From Chlorokybus atmophyticus (lineage: Eukaryota > Plantae > Mesostigma and Chlorokybus algae): a DNA stretch of 64,000 nt. Below are positions 1 to 13,506 of this stretch, one piece after another. The stretch lies in the NCBI GenBank assembly GCA_009103225.1, contig RHPI01000773.1:411924-475923 (forward strand), read 5' to 3'. Each line of letters begins with the position of its first letter. Within the stretch, counting starts at the first letter, position 1. The notes under the pieces are model-generated. The model did no database searches and had not been told where the DNA came from. It saw nothing but the letters and a program-made list of their open reading frames with translations. Both the position numbers and the translations under genes were made by a program.

Positions 1-220
1 CATGCGTTTCGTAGATGCATGCATAGATGCACATACCAGGCTACTTGTTGCAGCAACAAGTAACCGACACATCCATGCACACATTCGAGTCATGATGCTC
101 GCACGCAAGTGAACTGCATGTGAGGTCAGGCTGTTTGATTGACACAGTTACATCACAGTGTCAGTGTCATGTTGTTGGATGTGTCGTGACCAACACACGC
201 GCCCTTGCCCAGGCTTTCAG

Positions 221-905
221 GACTTCATGTCGACGAGTTTGAGTTCGTCCGCGGTGACTCCCGCAGCAGCCTCGCATCGTCCGGTGATGACGATAACAAC
301 GACGGAGTCCTTCTCTTTGAGTGCTTCACAGTCCCGCAGGATAAAGTGGCCTCTCTACCCTCAGACTGGGGGAAGGCAAGACACACTGTCTCTCTCTGGT
401 TATCACTGGGGTGCATGCGGCATGTGTGGATACTGGCATATGCGGGTGTGTGCGCGGGACCCACACCCACAGCGCAGATGCACATGCGTGCGTGTGGGTG
501 TGGGTGTGCATGTGGGCATGCGCGCACGCGTGCATACATGAGCACACATGTGTGTGCATGTGCGTGCGCGCACACACATGCACACCTATCTGCATAAGTG
601 CCCGCACACCAGCTGATTCACTGATATGCATGCATCCAACCCTGTTCCCTCCACAGGCCGTGCCATACATTAGTTCTCGACCCGGCTACCGCTCCTGCGC
701 TCTCTACCGCAGCACGTCCTCTTCTCTCACCATGCAGTACGTCAATCTGGCTGGGTGGGCCTCCGAGTGCGCGTGGCTCGGGGCCGTCGACCTCAACAGC
801 GAGGAGGGCCGACGGGCGCAGGAGGACCAGGCGTATGTGAGGAGGAGACTTTTCTTGGGAAGAGTTGTGAAGGGGATAGGAGGAGGAGTGATGCGTGTTG
901 GATAG
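221..905 (+). CDS. ABM (antibiotic biosynthesis monooxygenase)-like domain protein, 5' partial; exons 221-375 and 657-905
   Basis: Spliced translation VLLFECFTVPQDKVASLPSDWGK|AVPYISSRPGYRSCALYRS...QYVNLAGWASE matches the ABM pattern (F-T-V-P...W...PG[FY]...L[YH]RS...YVN.A.W.S). The join needs a GC donor at 376 (AAG|GCAAGA) and the acceptor CAG at 654-656. Confidence 0.7.
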
Positions 906-1480
906 GGAATGGGGATGGGGATGGGGATGGCTTACAGCGTTTGCAGTGAGGGTTTGAGACATGCACGACACATGCAGCAATGACAATGTGTGTGTTGGAT
1001 GTGCAAGGTATCAACTTGGTTTGTGTTGTGTTGGTTGATGTGGTCAGTGACATTTACTGTGGCGGCCTGTTGTGAGCTGTGCTTCTCTTGGGTCTGTGCT
1101 GGTTCGTTGCTCCCTGGGAGGTTTGAGTGAAGTAGGATTTTGTTTGGTTCAAAGCAGCACAATATGGCTTGTACAGGTCGGGAAGGGCGCGCTGGCGCTT
1201 GGGCAAGCGCGTGGGTGTGTGGGTGCCCGCGCGCCTATAGGCACATGCGTGTGTGGTGGCGCATGCGTGCACTCCCACTCACAACCATGCACATGCACAC
1301 GCAAGTGAATGATATGATATAACCACAGAAGGAAAAGGACTCTCGTGCACTTGGGACTTTGTCCCAAAAGTGACCGCCCAAATCCTGTGAGACCTGTCCA
1401 ACATGGCACAAGTGCGCCACAGCCGCTATTGTTCCTGCTTTGAAAGCGAAACTGACTACCCTGGTTCGCTGCTCAAGAAA

Positions 1481-3042
1481 CTACTTTTGTAGTGATATGC
1501 CCACAGCGGAGAGCTTCGCAGCTAGCTTGCCCTTGTTATAGAGGGACATCGTGTCTGCACAGCACAAAGGACAACACATCACCACCGATCACTGCCTTTA
1601 AACCAACTCCATGTACCAATGCGACAACAACAATGGCAACATCGACAACTATATCAACAACACCAGCCAACAGCTATGGTCTCACCGTCGCAGCCTCCAA
1701 TGTGCTCACCACCTACGCATTGTTCAACCGGTCAGTGACTCATCATGTGTTGAAGCAATGCAGTGTGAATGCAAAAGGTCAACACACCAAACAACACAGC
1801 CAAAAGGTGCATCCTGTGTACCGATGAAGATGTTGGGCACGGTGCGTTGGCCAGAGTACTGCTGAAGAGCCCTCTGCAGCTTGTTCTCCGAGCCTGCGCA
1901 CACTATGTGTTAACAAACACGTGACAAACACATAAGATAACAGCCAACAAAGACACAACACAAACGATACAAGGTGTACACGCCTGTGCGATCAAGCTCG
2001 AGCACTTCAAACGGCACATTGAGCTGCCGAAACAGATCCTTCACTATTCTGCAATACCTGAAACAGGGACAACAGATTGTGTGTTGTGTGTCACGTCATG
2101 GACAATCCCAATCGTTGTGTCAGCACCACATAATTGTCTGATGTTACTAATACTTACGGGCACCAGGTTTTACTGAAGACCATCACAAGGTTGTCGCGCA
2201 CGATGGACTCCACCACGTCAGCAGGTGACGGGGCTGGCGATGAGGAGGGCTCTGATGAGGAGGAGGAGGGCAGGGAGGAGCAGCAGACTGTCTGGTGACA
2301 AGCAGGAGAATAGTGTCAATAGAGTGATGATGAGAGCAGTAAACTACTACTCTCCTGAGCAATATTGACGACGTGTAGTAATAGCAAGTGTATTGTGTGC
2401 CACAAATACGCACCGCACACGCATGCACACGTATACACATGCGCAAGCAAAGAGACTTTATAATGACGAACAACTACAGGTAAGCTTGCTTCGAGAAAGG
2501 CCAGTTTGACAGTTTCCACAGAGAGTGCCACAGGCGTCTGCCAGAACGCAACAGCTGCAATGCCTCAAAGGCATGATGCTGCATGCATACTCAACTACTT
2601 GGTCCTGATACTCAATTACTTGGTAATGATATTGGACATGCACATGCATGGTGCACTGGGTTTCCAGGGCATTGCACTAGTCGCTACTGCACACCATGAT
2701 CAATGCTTGGCCACGATGATCCAAACACGCTTCGCACCCACGACAAGCTTTCAAAACAGTACATGGCAACAAGCTGAACCGGCAACTGGACTCCCACAAC
2801 CCACGCCATGGCCTTTAAAATCAATCTGCTGGTGCAAGTCAACAATTGAGTGTTGCGCATGCCTGCGCAAGGGCATGACGCCTGCCATGTCCCAGGCTCC
2901 TTTGCGGCCGCTGCGCCGGCGCGCCGAGGGCGGTGTTCCTGGATAACACTCGCTTATACGGTGAGGGCGACGACGGCCCCGCAGCTGTAGCTGCCGCCCT
3001 CACCAACGCCGCCGGCACCGCCGTCACCGCCACCGCCAGCAT
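1481..3042 (-). CDS. GRX: CPYC-type glutaredoxin, probably with an N-terminal signal/targeting peptide; first exon uncertain
   Basis: Exons ending 2158, then 2057-1984, 1893-1822, 1712-1686 and 1554-1481 give NLVMVFSKTWCP|YCRIVKDLFRQLNVPFEVLELDRT|GSENKLQRALQQYSGQRTVPNIFI|GGEHIGGCD|DTMSLYNKGKL. CPYC, TVP and GGxD motifs are all present. ATG 3042 is a guess; an alternative start lies near 2430. Confidence 0.88.
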
Positions 3043-3373
3043 CGCGCTACACCAACACCACGACACATGCTAGCGCCGACAGTTCATATCGCAGCGTACA
3101 TACGCCGACTGTTGAAAGCATTGCGGGCCGTAGATTACGGCTCCAACATCTTTGTTAACAACGGCCGATATGATGTACGCGTCTATACAAATTCTGCCTA
3201 ATCCGTACACCTGTACCAGTAACGTACGGCTTGTTGTTCAGGTCAAACGTCGCAGGCGGCTTAGCCACGTGGCAACCGTCTGTTTCTGTACCGCCGCCGC
3301 CGCCGCCCTTGCCGGCTTCTCAGGGGCTTGGTGCTGCTGTTGTTGTGTGTGTGGGGGGGAGGGAGGGGTCAGT

Positions 3374-4381
3374 ATGGGCAAGGCGGAGGGCAGTGAGGAG
3401 GCGGCTGCGGCTGCCGCTTCACTGCCGTCCCCAACGCTGCCTTCGCCGCCGCCGACCACAATGCCGATGCCGCAGCCTATGCCGCAGCCTGCGTACGGCT
3501 ACCCTCCTACCATAGTGAGTCGTTGCTGTTGGTCTTCTTGATGCTCTTGTTGCTCCGACTGGTATAACTGTTAGGTAGCGGTCATTGTTGTTGTTGTTGT
3601 ATTTGAAGCGTTGTGTCTAAATCAATGCAGGCGCCTCCGTCGTACAACGCCGTGGTGGGTTACCCTCCTGTTCAACTCGACTACAACCAGCAGTATAACC
3701 AACAACAGTATCCAGGTGCCCCAGCGGACCACGGCGCGTACCCAATGCAGCCTGTGGCGACCGTGCAGTACGAGTGGGTGGAAGTCGAACCAGGTAAGAT
3801 CAGAACAGTATCGCATGGTATGGTTGTGTGGATCTGACACACAGGCTGCAAGTGCACAGACATAGACATGCACGCACGTATATGGCTATGCACACGTACT
3901 CGCACAAGGACGCGCACGCACGCACGCATGTATTTGACTTTCACAGCAGGTGGATCGTGCATAATGTATGTGAGGTTCGTGCATTCATTTCCAGTGTATC
4001 AGTATCACTGATTTGTAGTATGCGCACATGTGTGCGTATGCAGATATGTGTGCGTTGGGACTTCACATCGTAGTAACTCGTCTCAAGGTGTTGAGTGCCA
4101 GAGGCTGTCATGCGTGTACGCACACATACACTCAAGTACATATCAATGACACTCGCCTCTTGTCTCAGGTTGTTGCCAGTGCGAGGGTCTAAGGCCCGAA
4201 GCTTGGGTCTTCATCATCATCGCTTTCTTTGTCTTCTGGCCTGCGATGTTCCTTCCGTGCTGCATGCCCGAGTGTTACACGCGCGTGCGTCGCGCCGTTC
4301 CCGTCGCCGGCTACGTCGTCCCCTCCGGATACAACACTGTCCCTGTCGTCATCCAACCACCACCTAGGTGATGTTGGGTAA
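3374..4381 (+). CDS. Pro/Gln/Tyr-rich protein with a Cys-flanked transmembrane segment (CYSTM/LITAF-like); three exons
   Basis: ATG 3374, GT-AG introns, PQY-rich N-terminus, then EP|GCCQCEGLRPEAWVFIIIAFFVFWPAMFLPCCMPECY, stop TAA 4379-4381. Confidence 0.7.
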
Positions 4382-5059
4382 TGTGCACCACAACTTGGGT
4401 ATGCGACTCAACCTCCCTCCCTTGTACAGTATACAGTGTATGATGACTGCAGTTACCATACTTAGTTGGTAGCTTAGCTTTCAAGTTCTTTGGGTCACTT
4501 CTGCTGGCAGTAGTGTTGCGAAGATAATTATTGATTATAGGTGATAATAATGCACACAGTGGGATATCATTAGCTATGGATGTCGTGCTGGGTACTGTTG
4601 TGATGTGTATGAACTGTCTTGCTGGTGTAGGTTGACTATTGCAATTAGCTATCCATTTCGGAAACGGTACATAGTTAGAGATGCATTTTATAGTTGCAGC
4701 TGGTAGTGTACTTTCACATTGCAGTCAGTGTTGGTGGTTTACGTGTCCATTATGGTCAAGGTACGTAGTGTAGGATCTGCTGGAACCAGCTGTGCTCAAG
4801 TATTGTGAAGCAGGTGTGGTAGAGGTAGGTGACATCTCATGTAGCTGTGTGATTTGTGGGAGGTCATTTCTATTGCAGTAGAGCGGAGTCACTGTGCTAA
4901 CCAGTATGGGAAGTAGATTATCAGCTATTATAAGCAACAAGTCACAAGAAGTTGCATGCCCAGCAGGCTGCCTGGCAGTGGGTATAGAGTACAATCCTCC
5001 ACTCCAGCTGAAGTGTGTTGTTGCAGGCACACACTTTTGGTAGATATGTGTTGAGGTTG

Positions 5060-6105
5060 TGATGCTTGTGACACGATGTTTTCACGGGTCTGATAGCGAG
5101 GCTGGTTTTGCTCTCGTTAACGTGGTGATGGTGGCGAGGAGTGGCATGTTGGTTTGTTAGTCTGTCGTGGACGACACGCTGCGTGATGTGCAAGGATGTT
5201 GGTGAACTCAATAAGGGTATACAACGTCCTCTTGTCCTCGTCATGCGCGACATTAACGGCGTGATGGACACGGTGTGGTCACACATGCAGCAAACCGGAA
5301 GTCTACAACGAGTTTAGGACTTTTATTCTGGGGACACATTTTCAACCGATGTTCCCGCGTGGTGTAATCTATGAAGGCGTGAGTACCGACCCGCACTCTG
5401 TCGTGCCAACATGAGACAACTTGCTTCAGTTGGACATCCCACACAACCCACTCCATACAGCCCCGGTCGACTCTGCTGCTGCAGGGCAACTTTGTTTGCT
5501 TGCTGCTCTAGTAGTTGGGGTAGTCAGTTGATTACCAGCCGCTGCTGACCACCCCCACCCCCACCCCCACCCCCTTCCCCACGTGGCGGCTTGGCTCACT
5601 GACGCTGCAGGCTGCTGCATGCAGGCTCATTGGGCTGCACTAAACCGCAGCAAATCTTTGACAAAGGTAATCTAGCTCTCTCCAATCTGACTCTCTGATC
5701 TGGCAATCCCACTCAACTCACCTCGTATCGTACATCAAGGGTAAAACCCTTAGTTAAGCATATTGCCAGCTTACTTTGCTCTCACAATTCTCTTAGTTTG
5801 ATTGCTCCGGTCGCTGCAGTGTAATCCAAGGAGGCGAAGACTGTCATCTATTCTACTGCTCCATTATGTAAATATCAGGCGGTCTTTACGCCTTTGACAA
5901 CTTGGTAAACTGCCTCACAAATGTACTGAAGGATCGTGGGGAGTATCGAACGTCGCGTCAGTTGGCGTGGCTCAAGCACGTGCGTGCCGGCGCGGATGAA
6001 TGCGGATTGAGGAAGAGTTTGCAACGATGCAACCGACACGCATGTGCGATACCTCCCTGTGTGTGTGCGTGTGTGCGCGTAAATGCGTGTATAATTTTCT
6101 CCCTC

Positions 6106-6137
<32 letters not shown>

Positions 6138-6620
6138 CGTGCGTGTGTGTGCACGGGTGTGCATGTTGTAAGATAGATGTTGACTCTCATGTGAATCGCG
6201 CGAGGCATTGGTTATTTGTGAAGAAGTACTTTCTGTAGAGGAGCGCTCATCCCGTGGCGACGGGCGGCAGTCCCATCGCCACGTGGCTGCCGAACCAGCT
6301 GCGGATGGTGCTGGAAGCCATCGAGGACAGACTCGCGCACATTGATCACACAGGGGTGAGTGCTGTGCTCTCCTCTCTCTCTCTCTCTCTGTGCACGTTC
6401 GCGTGTACCTCCATCGCAAGTGACCTATGTTCAGCGTGTGCGCGTGCATGCATGCATGGCATTGTACGCCCGTGTGTGCATGGATGTGATGAAGAGATGA
6501 TCGTCGTGATGTAGGTTGTGTTAGTGAGAACGGGCAGTTGTTGGAGAGCGTGACGCGGCGATCGCAGTTGCTTGACCGCGCGAGGTGGACCACTACGCCC
6601 AGCGCATTGCGCAAGTCAAC
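5060..6620 (+). pseudogene. Indoleamine 2,3-dioxygenase-like (fungal/bacterial IDO-gamma type) pseudogene with introns
   Basis: Ordered motifs SEAGFALVNVVMV (about 5095), VMRDINGVMDTVW, VYNEFRTFILG..MFPRGVIYEGV (about 5302-5383), DNLLQLDIPHNPL (5415-5453), LTNVLKDRGEYR (about 5913) and RHWLFVKKYFL*RSAHPVATGGSPIATWLPNQL (6203-6301). Disabled by TAG 5158, a 4-nt insertion at about 5285-5288, loss of the RGESGAND motif, TGA 5412 and TAG 6236. Confidence 0.8.
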
Positions 6621-7073
6621 GTTGCTGCCACATGATCAACATGTTGGGTGTTCTTGAATACCCTTATGGTTTTGCACTACACATTGGCAAATAGGGTTGC
6701 TTACCCAGGTCGCAAGCGTTGACAACACCTGTGAGTGCTGGCATAGGCTGCTGCTACTGCGTTACATTACAAGCATTGCATCACTGATTGAACTAGGCAT
6801 TCATTCCATTACTCAAACCGTACAGAAGCCTTGTGCACGATTGCTGAAGGCTTGCGAAAGAGCGCATATGTGCTGTTTGGAAAATGTTTATTCCTGTTTT
6901 GCTTGTGTTGCGAGTTGTACTGACAGCATTATAAAGATGGCTGCGCGCTAAATAAGCTTATGTGTATTGATGGCACTAGCTCAACACCTAGAATCCACCT
7001 CCACGTCCGACAGTCGTCTGTGGTTCAACAATCGCCAAGCAACAAGTAACCACGTAACCACGTCACTCCATGT

Positions 7074-7841
7074 TCAAGCCTTACATTGTTGGAGCATGCC
7101 TTTGTCCAGGCCAGAAGTGCCGTGAAGGACCATAAGGGCGGGCGCGCACGCCTCGCGGAGATCGCGCAAGTGGGGGATGCTTATGTTTATGTCGGGGCCG
7201 GAAGGAGGGTATACATGCACCGTGCACGTTGCCAACGCACACGGCGAGGAGGGGGAAGCCTGTTTCGGACATGAGACGGTGAGCTCTCTTCCACACCCGT
7301 CCTCTTTACCTCCAACCTGGAATAAGAGTGTTGTGTGTGAGTGCACTAATGTGTGTGTGTGTGTGCGTGCGTGCATGCGTGCGTGTGTCCATGCGTGTGT
7401 GCGAGCGCGCGCACCTGCACCCACCTGCGCACCTGCACGCGCGTGCTCACCTGCACCCGCGTGCGTGCGTGCGTGCGTGTGTAATTGTGTGTCTGTGCGC
7501 ATGCATGTGCCAGTACGCGTGTGCAAAGATATACAACTACTATTACTCCACTGTGATTCCGCCTTCGCTGCCAATAATACGGCCAAGTTCGGCTCAACCG
7601 CAACGCAGTGTTCTCGTGCTGTGGTCACCCTCATTGTGATTGCCACATTGTTTTCAATACTGCTAGCGCTCGCATCAACCACCACGGACGAGTAGCAGCC
7701 ACTGTCAATGGCGTCCAACACCAGCGCCTCATCTTGAAGATACATGAGCGGATGTTACAATTGGTACATATGTTGTTCAAGCAAGCATGAGCAATGTAGG
7801 CTGGCTGTGCACACGCGTGGACATGCGTGCGCGCGCGCGTG

Positions 7842-7906
<65 letters not shown>

Positions 7907-9900
7907 GCACGCACGCAGCGCTGAAGCGCAACGCAAGTGACAAATATACACAAAGCTCACCTGTGGCATGGTCGAGATGGAGTGATACGGGGGCACGGGG
8001 CGTGTTGTACGGCGTGAGCGGTGGCTCGCAAGAGGACGTCCCCGCCATGCTTCAGCGCCGCCGGATGCAGCTGCACGTGTCAACAACAACACTGCATCAA
8101 CAACAACATCCTAGCTGCCTCACCTTGATCATGGCCAGCAGCGCCCTCGAAGTTGTTCTCGTTGAATGCGCCCATGGCATACACGGGGACTTCCCCGCGT
8201 TGGCTTTTGTGAGTATAACCAATGTGGATGCGTGAGGCGGGGCGGCCCACGCTGCAACTACGTCCGCGCATCAACCTTACGGACACACGTGTGCTAGCGT
8301 GTGAGTGTTAAGATGCACAACATACTGTGCGTTTGCATTTCCTCTTCCCGAGCCAACATTGCGCAGAAGAACAACGTAAGGCATGCCCGGCAGCCTGGCA
8401 TACAGTGTATGATGAAACGCATTGGGAAGAGTTATGTACCATCATCGCACAACAACCTGTCCAGCGATGATAGCGCGTGTGGTGCCCAACGCCTTCGTGG
8501 CCACGTCCGAGCTCGTGATGCCGCCTGTGGCAAGCACATAACTTGGCTCAATTGCACAGAACAACTAAGAAGTGCTGCTGCTTTTCACAAGTAACACCCT
8601 TGTGAGTCACACACACAAACACGCACGCACGCACGCACAACCTTTATACTTGCGGCGGTGCGCAGGAGGCCTGCGCTGACCCTCCCCGCGATGGCGAGGC
8701 TCTCGTGCCCATCTTTACCCAACACGAGCTCCCGCAAAGTCATGAGCAACACATCTCTACCCTGACAACACATCAACTTCAACATCGCCTTGATAATGTG
8801 ACAAGAACCAACAATAACACCACTATGAACAACATCAACAACCACACAACCCAATGTACAACAAGTAGATCTTTAACGCTTGCCTGCGAGCGAGAAGTGC
8901 GTTGAGTTGAACCGTTGTTTTTAGTACGTGCGAGCCGCATACGAGTAGGGCACCATGGGACGATGATGTTGTTGTCGGTGATGTTGTTGATGTTGCCTCC
9001 TTGAGCACTTCACTCAGCGTCAACGGTGCCCTTGGCTCCACGCCCATGCGCACAGAAATGAAGCTCACGACTGTGCAACACAACACCATCACACCAACAC
9101 CATCATCACACCACCACAACCACACTCACTCACAGCATTTGCCACACACGTTGTTCCAGCTTGCAGTTTCAACAATTTTCTCACATACGGCTTCGGGTCC
9201 GGCCTCACGGATATCTGCAATGGATTTATTAACGCCACCTCCGCGGTGAGGATGCAATGGACTGACGTCTCCTGGATGGACATTATGATATCGGACGAAT
9301 GGTAGCCGAAAGCGGGCAAACTCTGTCTCAACGGCTGGCACTTATCGAACGTCGACATCTGATCTGAAGAAGAGATGTGTGTGCATGTGCATACGTGTGC
9401 GTGCGTGTATGCGGGTGCGTGCGCGGGTGTGCATGGGTATGTGCGTATATGAGATCATGCAGGTATGTGTGCGTGTGCACGCACGCACGCATGCACGTGC
9501 ATGCGAATGCTTCGCCTTCACCAGTTGACATCACTCACCAGAGTGTCGCCATCAGCGACGTAGTGGACATCATTGATAGTTACCCGACCCCCGCCTCGGA
9601 AGAACGGACAAGCAGCCAAATGGGGAAAGTGGCTCCGCAGCGCGCTGTCCCCTCCCACGACAGTGTACGCCCGTCCATTTGCGCACTCGAAGCTTGCATG
9701 GTGATGGGTGGGTGTGGGTGTGTCGCGTGGGGGGGTGGGGGGGTGGGGGGTGTGTGAGCGTGTTGTGGGTGCGGGTGCATGAAAGCATGCGACACACCTT
9801 GGCGAGGTTGGTGCAAACCTTTTTGACAAGGGACGCTGCAGCGGCGGCGGGGGGGAGGCGCGCGTGGTTGTCAACACGAGGAAGCTTGCAAAAGGTGTGC
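7074..9900 (-). pseudogene. Pseudogene of the plant/algal ketose-bisphosphate aldolase class-II family protein (DUF1537 four-carbon acid-sugar kinase domain plus FBA-II domain)
   Basis: Motifs in order: CPFFRGGGRVTINDVHYVADGDTLV, FGYHSSD, GALLVCGSHVLKTT, GGITSSDVATKALG, PGMPYVVLLRNVG, YAMGAFNENNFEG, LHPAALKHGG, VSLHLDHA, AELGRIIG, LAVCVGNVHG, LMVLHGTSGL. Frameshifts near 9315, 8143, 7995 and 7592. No N-terminal 6PGD-like domains were seen upstream. Confidence 0.85.
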
Positions 9901-10978
9901 ACAACACATGCTGTAGTACACACTTGAAGCATGGTGTGCGCACACACAGTGATGCACACACGCACACACACACACGTGCATGCACGCATATACACATACG
10001 CCATAGAATAGCATACCACAGCACCGCAAAGTATTACTCAGTTCACCAACCATCAGCAGACTCATTCATGCATGTTCATGCCTCGGTGCTGGACTTTGAG
10101 CTCGCACGTCAATCAGCCTCCAACCACACCGTCAACACCACAACCCCGTGCACCGTGTGTGTACCTATGGAAACATTGTCCGGCACTCATCACCACGCTA
10201 ACCATTCAACCCACACCTCCCATCCATCCACCCACCCAGCCACAACCACAGTCAACGCTCCTACCAGAGTCACGATGGCAGGTATGTACCTTCGGTAGTA
10301 GAACTACTAGTTTACCTCGCACATATAGCATTCTTCATACCGTCCAAGAAGAATACTCGCACATTCACGTGCACATTAGAAAGAGGAGCGAGCGATTCAA
10401 CCTACACCACCTATCCCCCTATCCACCCAGCCACGATCACAGTCAATAATTCTACCAGAATCATAATGGCAGGTTGGTAACTCGCACTTCTGGCGTTATT
10501 CAAAAACGTTTTCAGATTAGTGCGCGCACATTTGCACGCTCAGCAGGAACAGCGCGCTATTTACAATTTAACCATGGATGAGAGAGGTTCCGCGGTTGAA
10601 ACTGTTCAAGACTAAGGGGGATGTGCGAACTTCTCATATATCCGATACGAATACACCAGATGATTCTTCACTGTTGTTGAATCAGGTCGCAAAATGCATG
10701 CACAACAGACTGTGCGGCAGTGCACATAGAATATGGATTTACACAATTACAATACTGTTACAGTCTCACGCCTTGGGTAGATATGACTAAGCACAGGTGG
10801 AATGGCAAAAATGGAAGGCCAATGCAGAGACACACATCAGAAGTGAGTGGCATTGGACCAAAAGTTCCAAGGGAATGAAGGGCATTGCACAGATGCTACA
10901 CACATAAACTTCCGTCTAGACACAAACACCTATCCACAACATGTACAAAAGTTGTCTTTTGCTACACATCAAAATGCT

Positions 10979-13320
10979 TTACTGGCCAGCTCCGAAGATC
11001 TTGCCGAAGAAGCCAGGCTTCTTCTCGTGCAGCTCACCTTCCTCACGCTGTTCCTGGCTGGTAGAGAGCTTGGCAGCCTCACTTTCGGCTTTGGAGGCCT
11101 CGAGCTTGAGCTCACGTGCCTCCTGAAGTAGGGTCTTGGTGCGCTTCTCTGACTCAACTGAGACGGCGTGGGTCTCGCGCTGCTGGACAAGGACGGTCTC
11201 AAGTTCCTGAGACTTCTCATTTGCAAGTTTCAGCTGCGCCTCCAGCTCTGCCTGCTTCTTCTGCACATCAGCCTCCAACTCGCCCGCGGAATTGCGCTTA
11301 CTCTCAGCAGCAGCCAGCAGCTGGTTGATCTCCTCGCCAATGCGATGCTTTTCTGCCTTGGCCTGAAAGCAAGATTGCATGTTAGTCAACAGCATGCAGC
11401 ATGTACTGAGTGCAACGAGGAGCAGCTGTTAAGCGTAAAATCAACTCAATCTACCTCCTCAGCACGCTGCTCAGCCTGGCGCAGGGCAGCTTCAGCTTGC
11501 TGGCGCTTCTTCTCGGCTGCAGCTGCCTCACGCTCAAGCTGCTCATAGCTTGCCTTGGCCTGGTCCACTTGAGGCTGCAAAAAACAAATACAGTCATCAA
11601 ATTGCTTGCACACACAGCGGTGCCAAGATTGTAGGCAAGACAGATAGCTGCAACTCACCAAGGTGCGCTGCAACTCCTCTGTCACCTTCGCACGCTCCTC
11701 TGCGGTCAGGTTCTTGGCATTCTGCTTCTCCTCCAGCTTCTCGCGCAGTGCCTTGGCTCGGCTGCGGCTGTTCTCCAGCTTGGTCAGGAGCTGGCGAGCC
11801 TCCTCCTCGAGAGCAGCAACGGTCTTGTCAACCTTCTGCTTCTCGGAGATGAGGGTCATGACATCTTCTGACAAGAGCTGCTCCTTGTTGCTGAGGTCCT
11901 TCTCAGCAGACTTCAGGTCTGCCGCATGGGTAGCCACCTCACGGTACTCACCCTTCTTTGCCTCCTTCAGTTCAGACAGACGCTGGGCCTCAGCTGCAAA
12001 TTTCTCAGCTTCACCCCGCTTCTGCTCAGCCAAGCTCTCGGCAGCATGAGCCTCGTCCTTCTCCTGCTGGCCAACTGGTACAAGCTTGTCAGCCTTGGCC
12101 TGTAGTGCCTCGGCTGTGTTCAGCAGCCCAGCACGATCCCTGTCCTCGGTGTTAACCTGGCAAACACATTCCACAGTTAACAACAACATTGAAAAAGTCA
12201 CACCATCCATGCTGCGCACGATCCAAAGTTAGACTATACCTCAGATTTCAATGCTTGTGCACGCTGCTCTGCGTCCTGCTTGCCGGCCAACAGCTCCTTG
12301 GTGCGCTTCTCAACTCTGTACACCAACATACACTGAGTAAACCAATCGTGGCGTGATGTAACTCCGGGGAAAGGGACCTACAGTGAAAATGAACCACTCA
12401 CTCAAGCTCGTTGCTGTGCACTTCCTCGCGCTTGGTCATCTCGTCCTTGACCTGAATCTCCTTCTCGTCAACCATGGCGTATTTCTCATGAGCCTCCTGC
12501 GCCAGCTCAGCACGGCGGCGCTCACGCTCCCTCTCAGCCTCCAACTCGCGTTGCCTCTGATATAAGGATCACAGTCAGCATCAACAATCACATGTTACTG
12601 TGATACAATATGTCAGCCTATCAAACAACCAGCAATTACCTGCTCGGCCTCACGCTGCTGGATCATGGCCTCCTGGGCATTGCGCTGGATGTCGGCCTGT
12701 TGCTGCTGGAGACGGGCAATCTCCTCCTCCTTAGACTTGAATTGCTCGGTGGCCTGCATGCGAGCATAGTATGCCTCCTTCTGCTCCTGGCTCATGTTCT
12801 CCACTTCACTGTCAAGCTGCGCTTTCTTGTCGTGAGCAATCCTGGCGACCTCGCCAGTGACAGCCTCACGCTCGTCCACATACTGCTGGTCCTTGCTCAC
12901 CCGTACAGTCTAATCATGCAAACAGACAGCTGTGAGCACACTGAATGTGTTGGACCTACGTCAAAGTATCAGCAAATGAGTATCAGCACGTACCTCCGAG
13001 TGGGAGGATTGCACACTGGTGCTTTGACTATATTCCTTCTTGGCATAGGTCTCCTTCTCAGTTCCAGATCCTGCCGGTGCCGCAGCCCGCGCCTCTGTGT
13101 CTGCCTGCTCACACCGGCAGACACGATGAGCAATACGTTTGCAGCAAACCACAACTTCTTCTTCTTATCACCAGCACATGTCGCATCAACAATGCCCGCA
13201 GGGTCATGCATGGCCACGCTATGGTGACCAGTCAGACACGCCGTGGCCATGCATGGCCAAACATCCACTCAGTGCTAGCAAACTTGCATAGCGACAATGA
13301 CAACCATCAGTACTCACCAT
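10979..13320 (-). CDS. Long E/K/A/Q-rich coiled-coil protein, paralog A; exon 1 is ATG only
   Basis: ATG|GTGAGT at 13320-13318, then M|ADTEARAAAPAG. Short GT-AG introns join heptad-rich exons. Ends EEGELHEKKPGFFGKIFGAGQ* (TAA 10981-10979). Confidence 0.85.
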
Positions 13321-13456
13321 CTTGACTGAAGTTGCCGACACTCCAAACCTCGCTTACACGCTCTTTGGTTGCACAACGCACGCTTCCACAAACTCGCTAC
13401 TGTTCACCCGAGAAAGGCCGCAACAAGCTTGTTGTCCATGGGCGGTGTGCATGCAG

Positions 13457-13506
13457 GTTATATACTACGCGGTGTAAAGTGGGTCAGGATGTGGGACGCC
13501 ACGTCA
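13457..13506 (-). promoter_or_regulatory. Putative core promoter of paralog A: TGACGTGG (G-box/CRE hybrid) followed by TATATAA
   Basis: On the minus strand TGACGTGGC lies at 13506-13498 and TATATAA about 40 bp downstream, 140-180 bp before the ATG. Confidence 0.3.

Noticed and set aside
400-620. Many overlapping His/Thr/Cys/Val-rich ORFs in the ORF track (also at 5958-6208, 7177-7915, 9377-9535, 54432-54730, 55173-55880 and 62307-63130)
   Set aside because: They are translations of intronic (CA)n/(GCAC)n microsatellites, not proteins.
11116-13227. Long + strand ORFs over the coiled-coil genes (likewise 17539-19356 and 52316-52690)
   Set aside because: Antisense shadows of biased minus-strand exons; splice signals and homology support the minus strand only.
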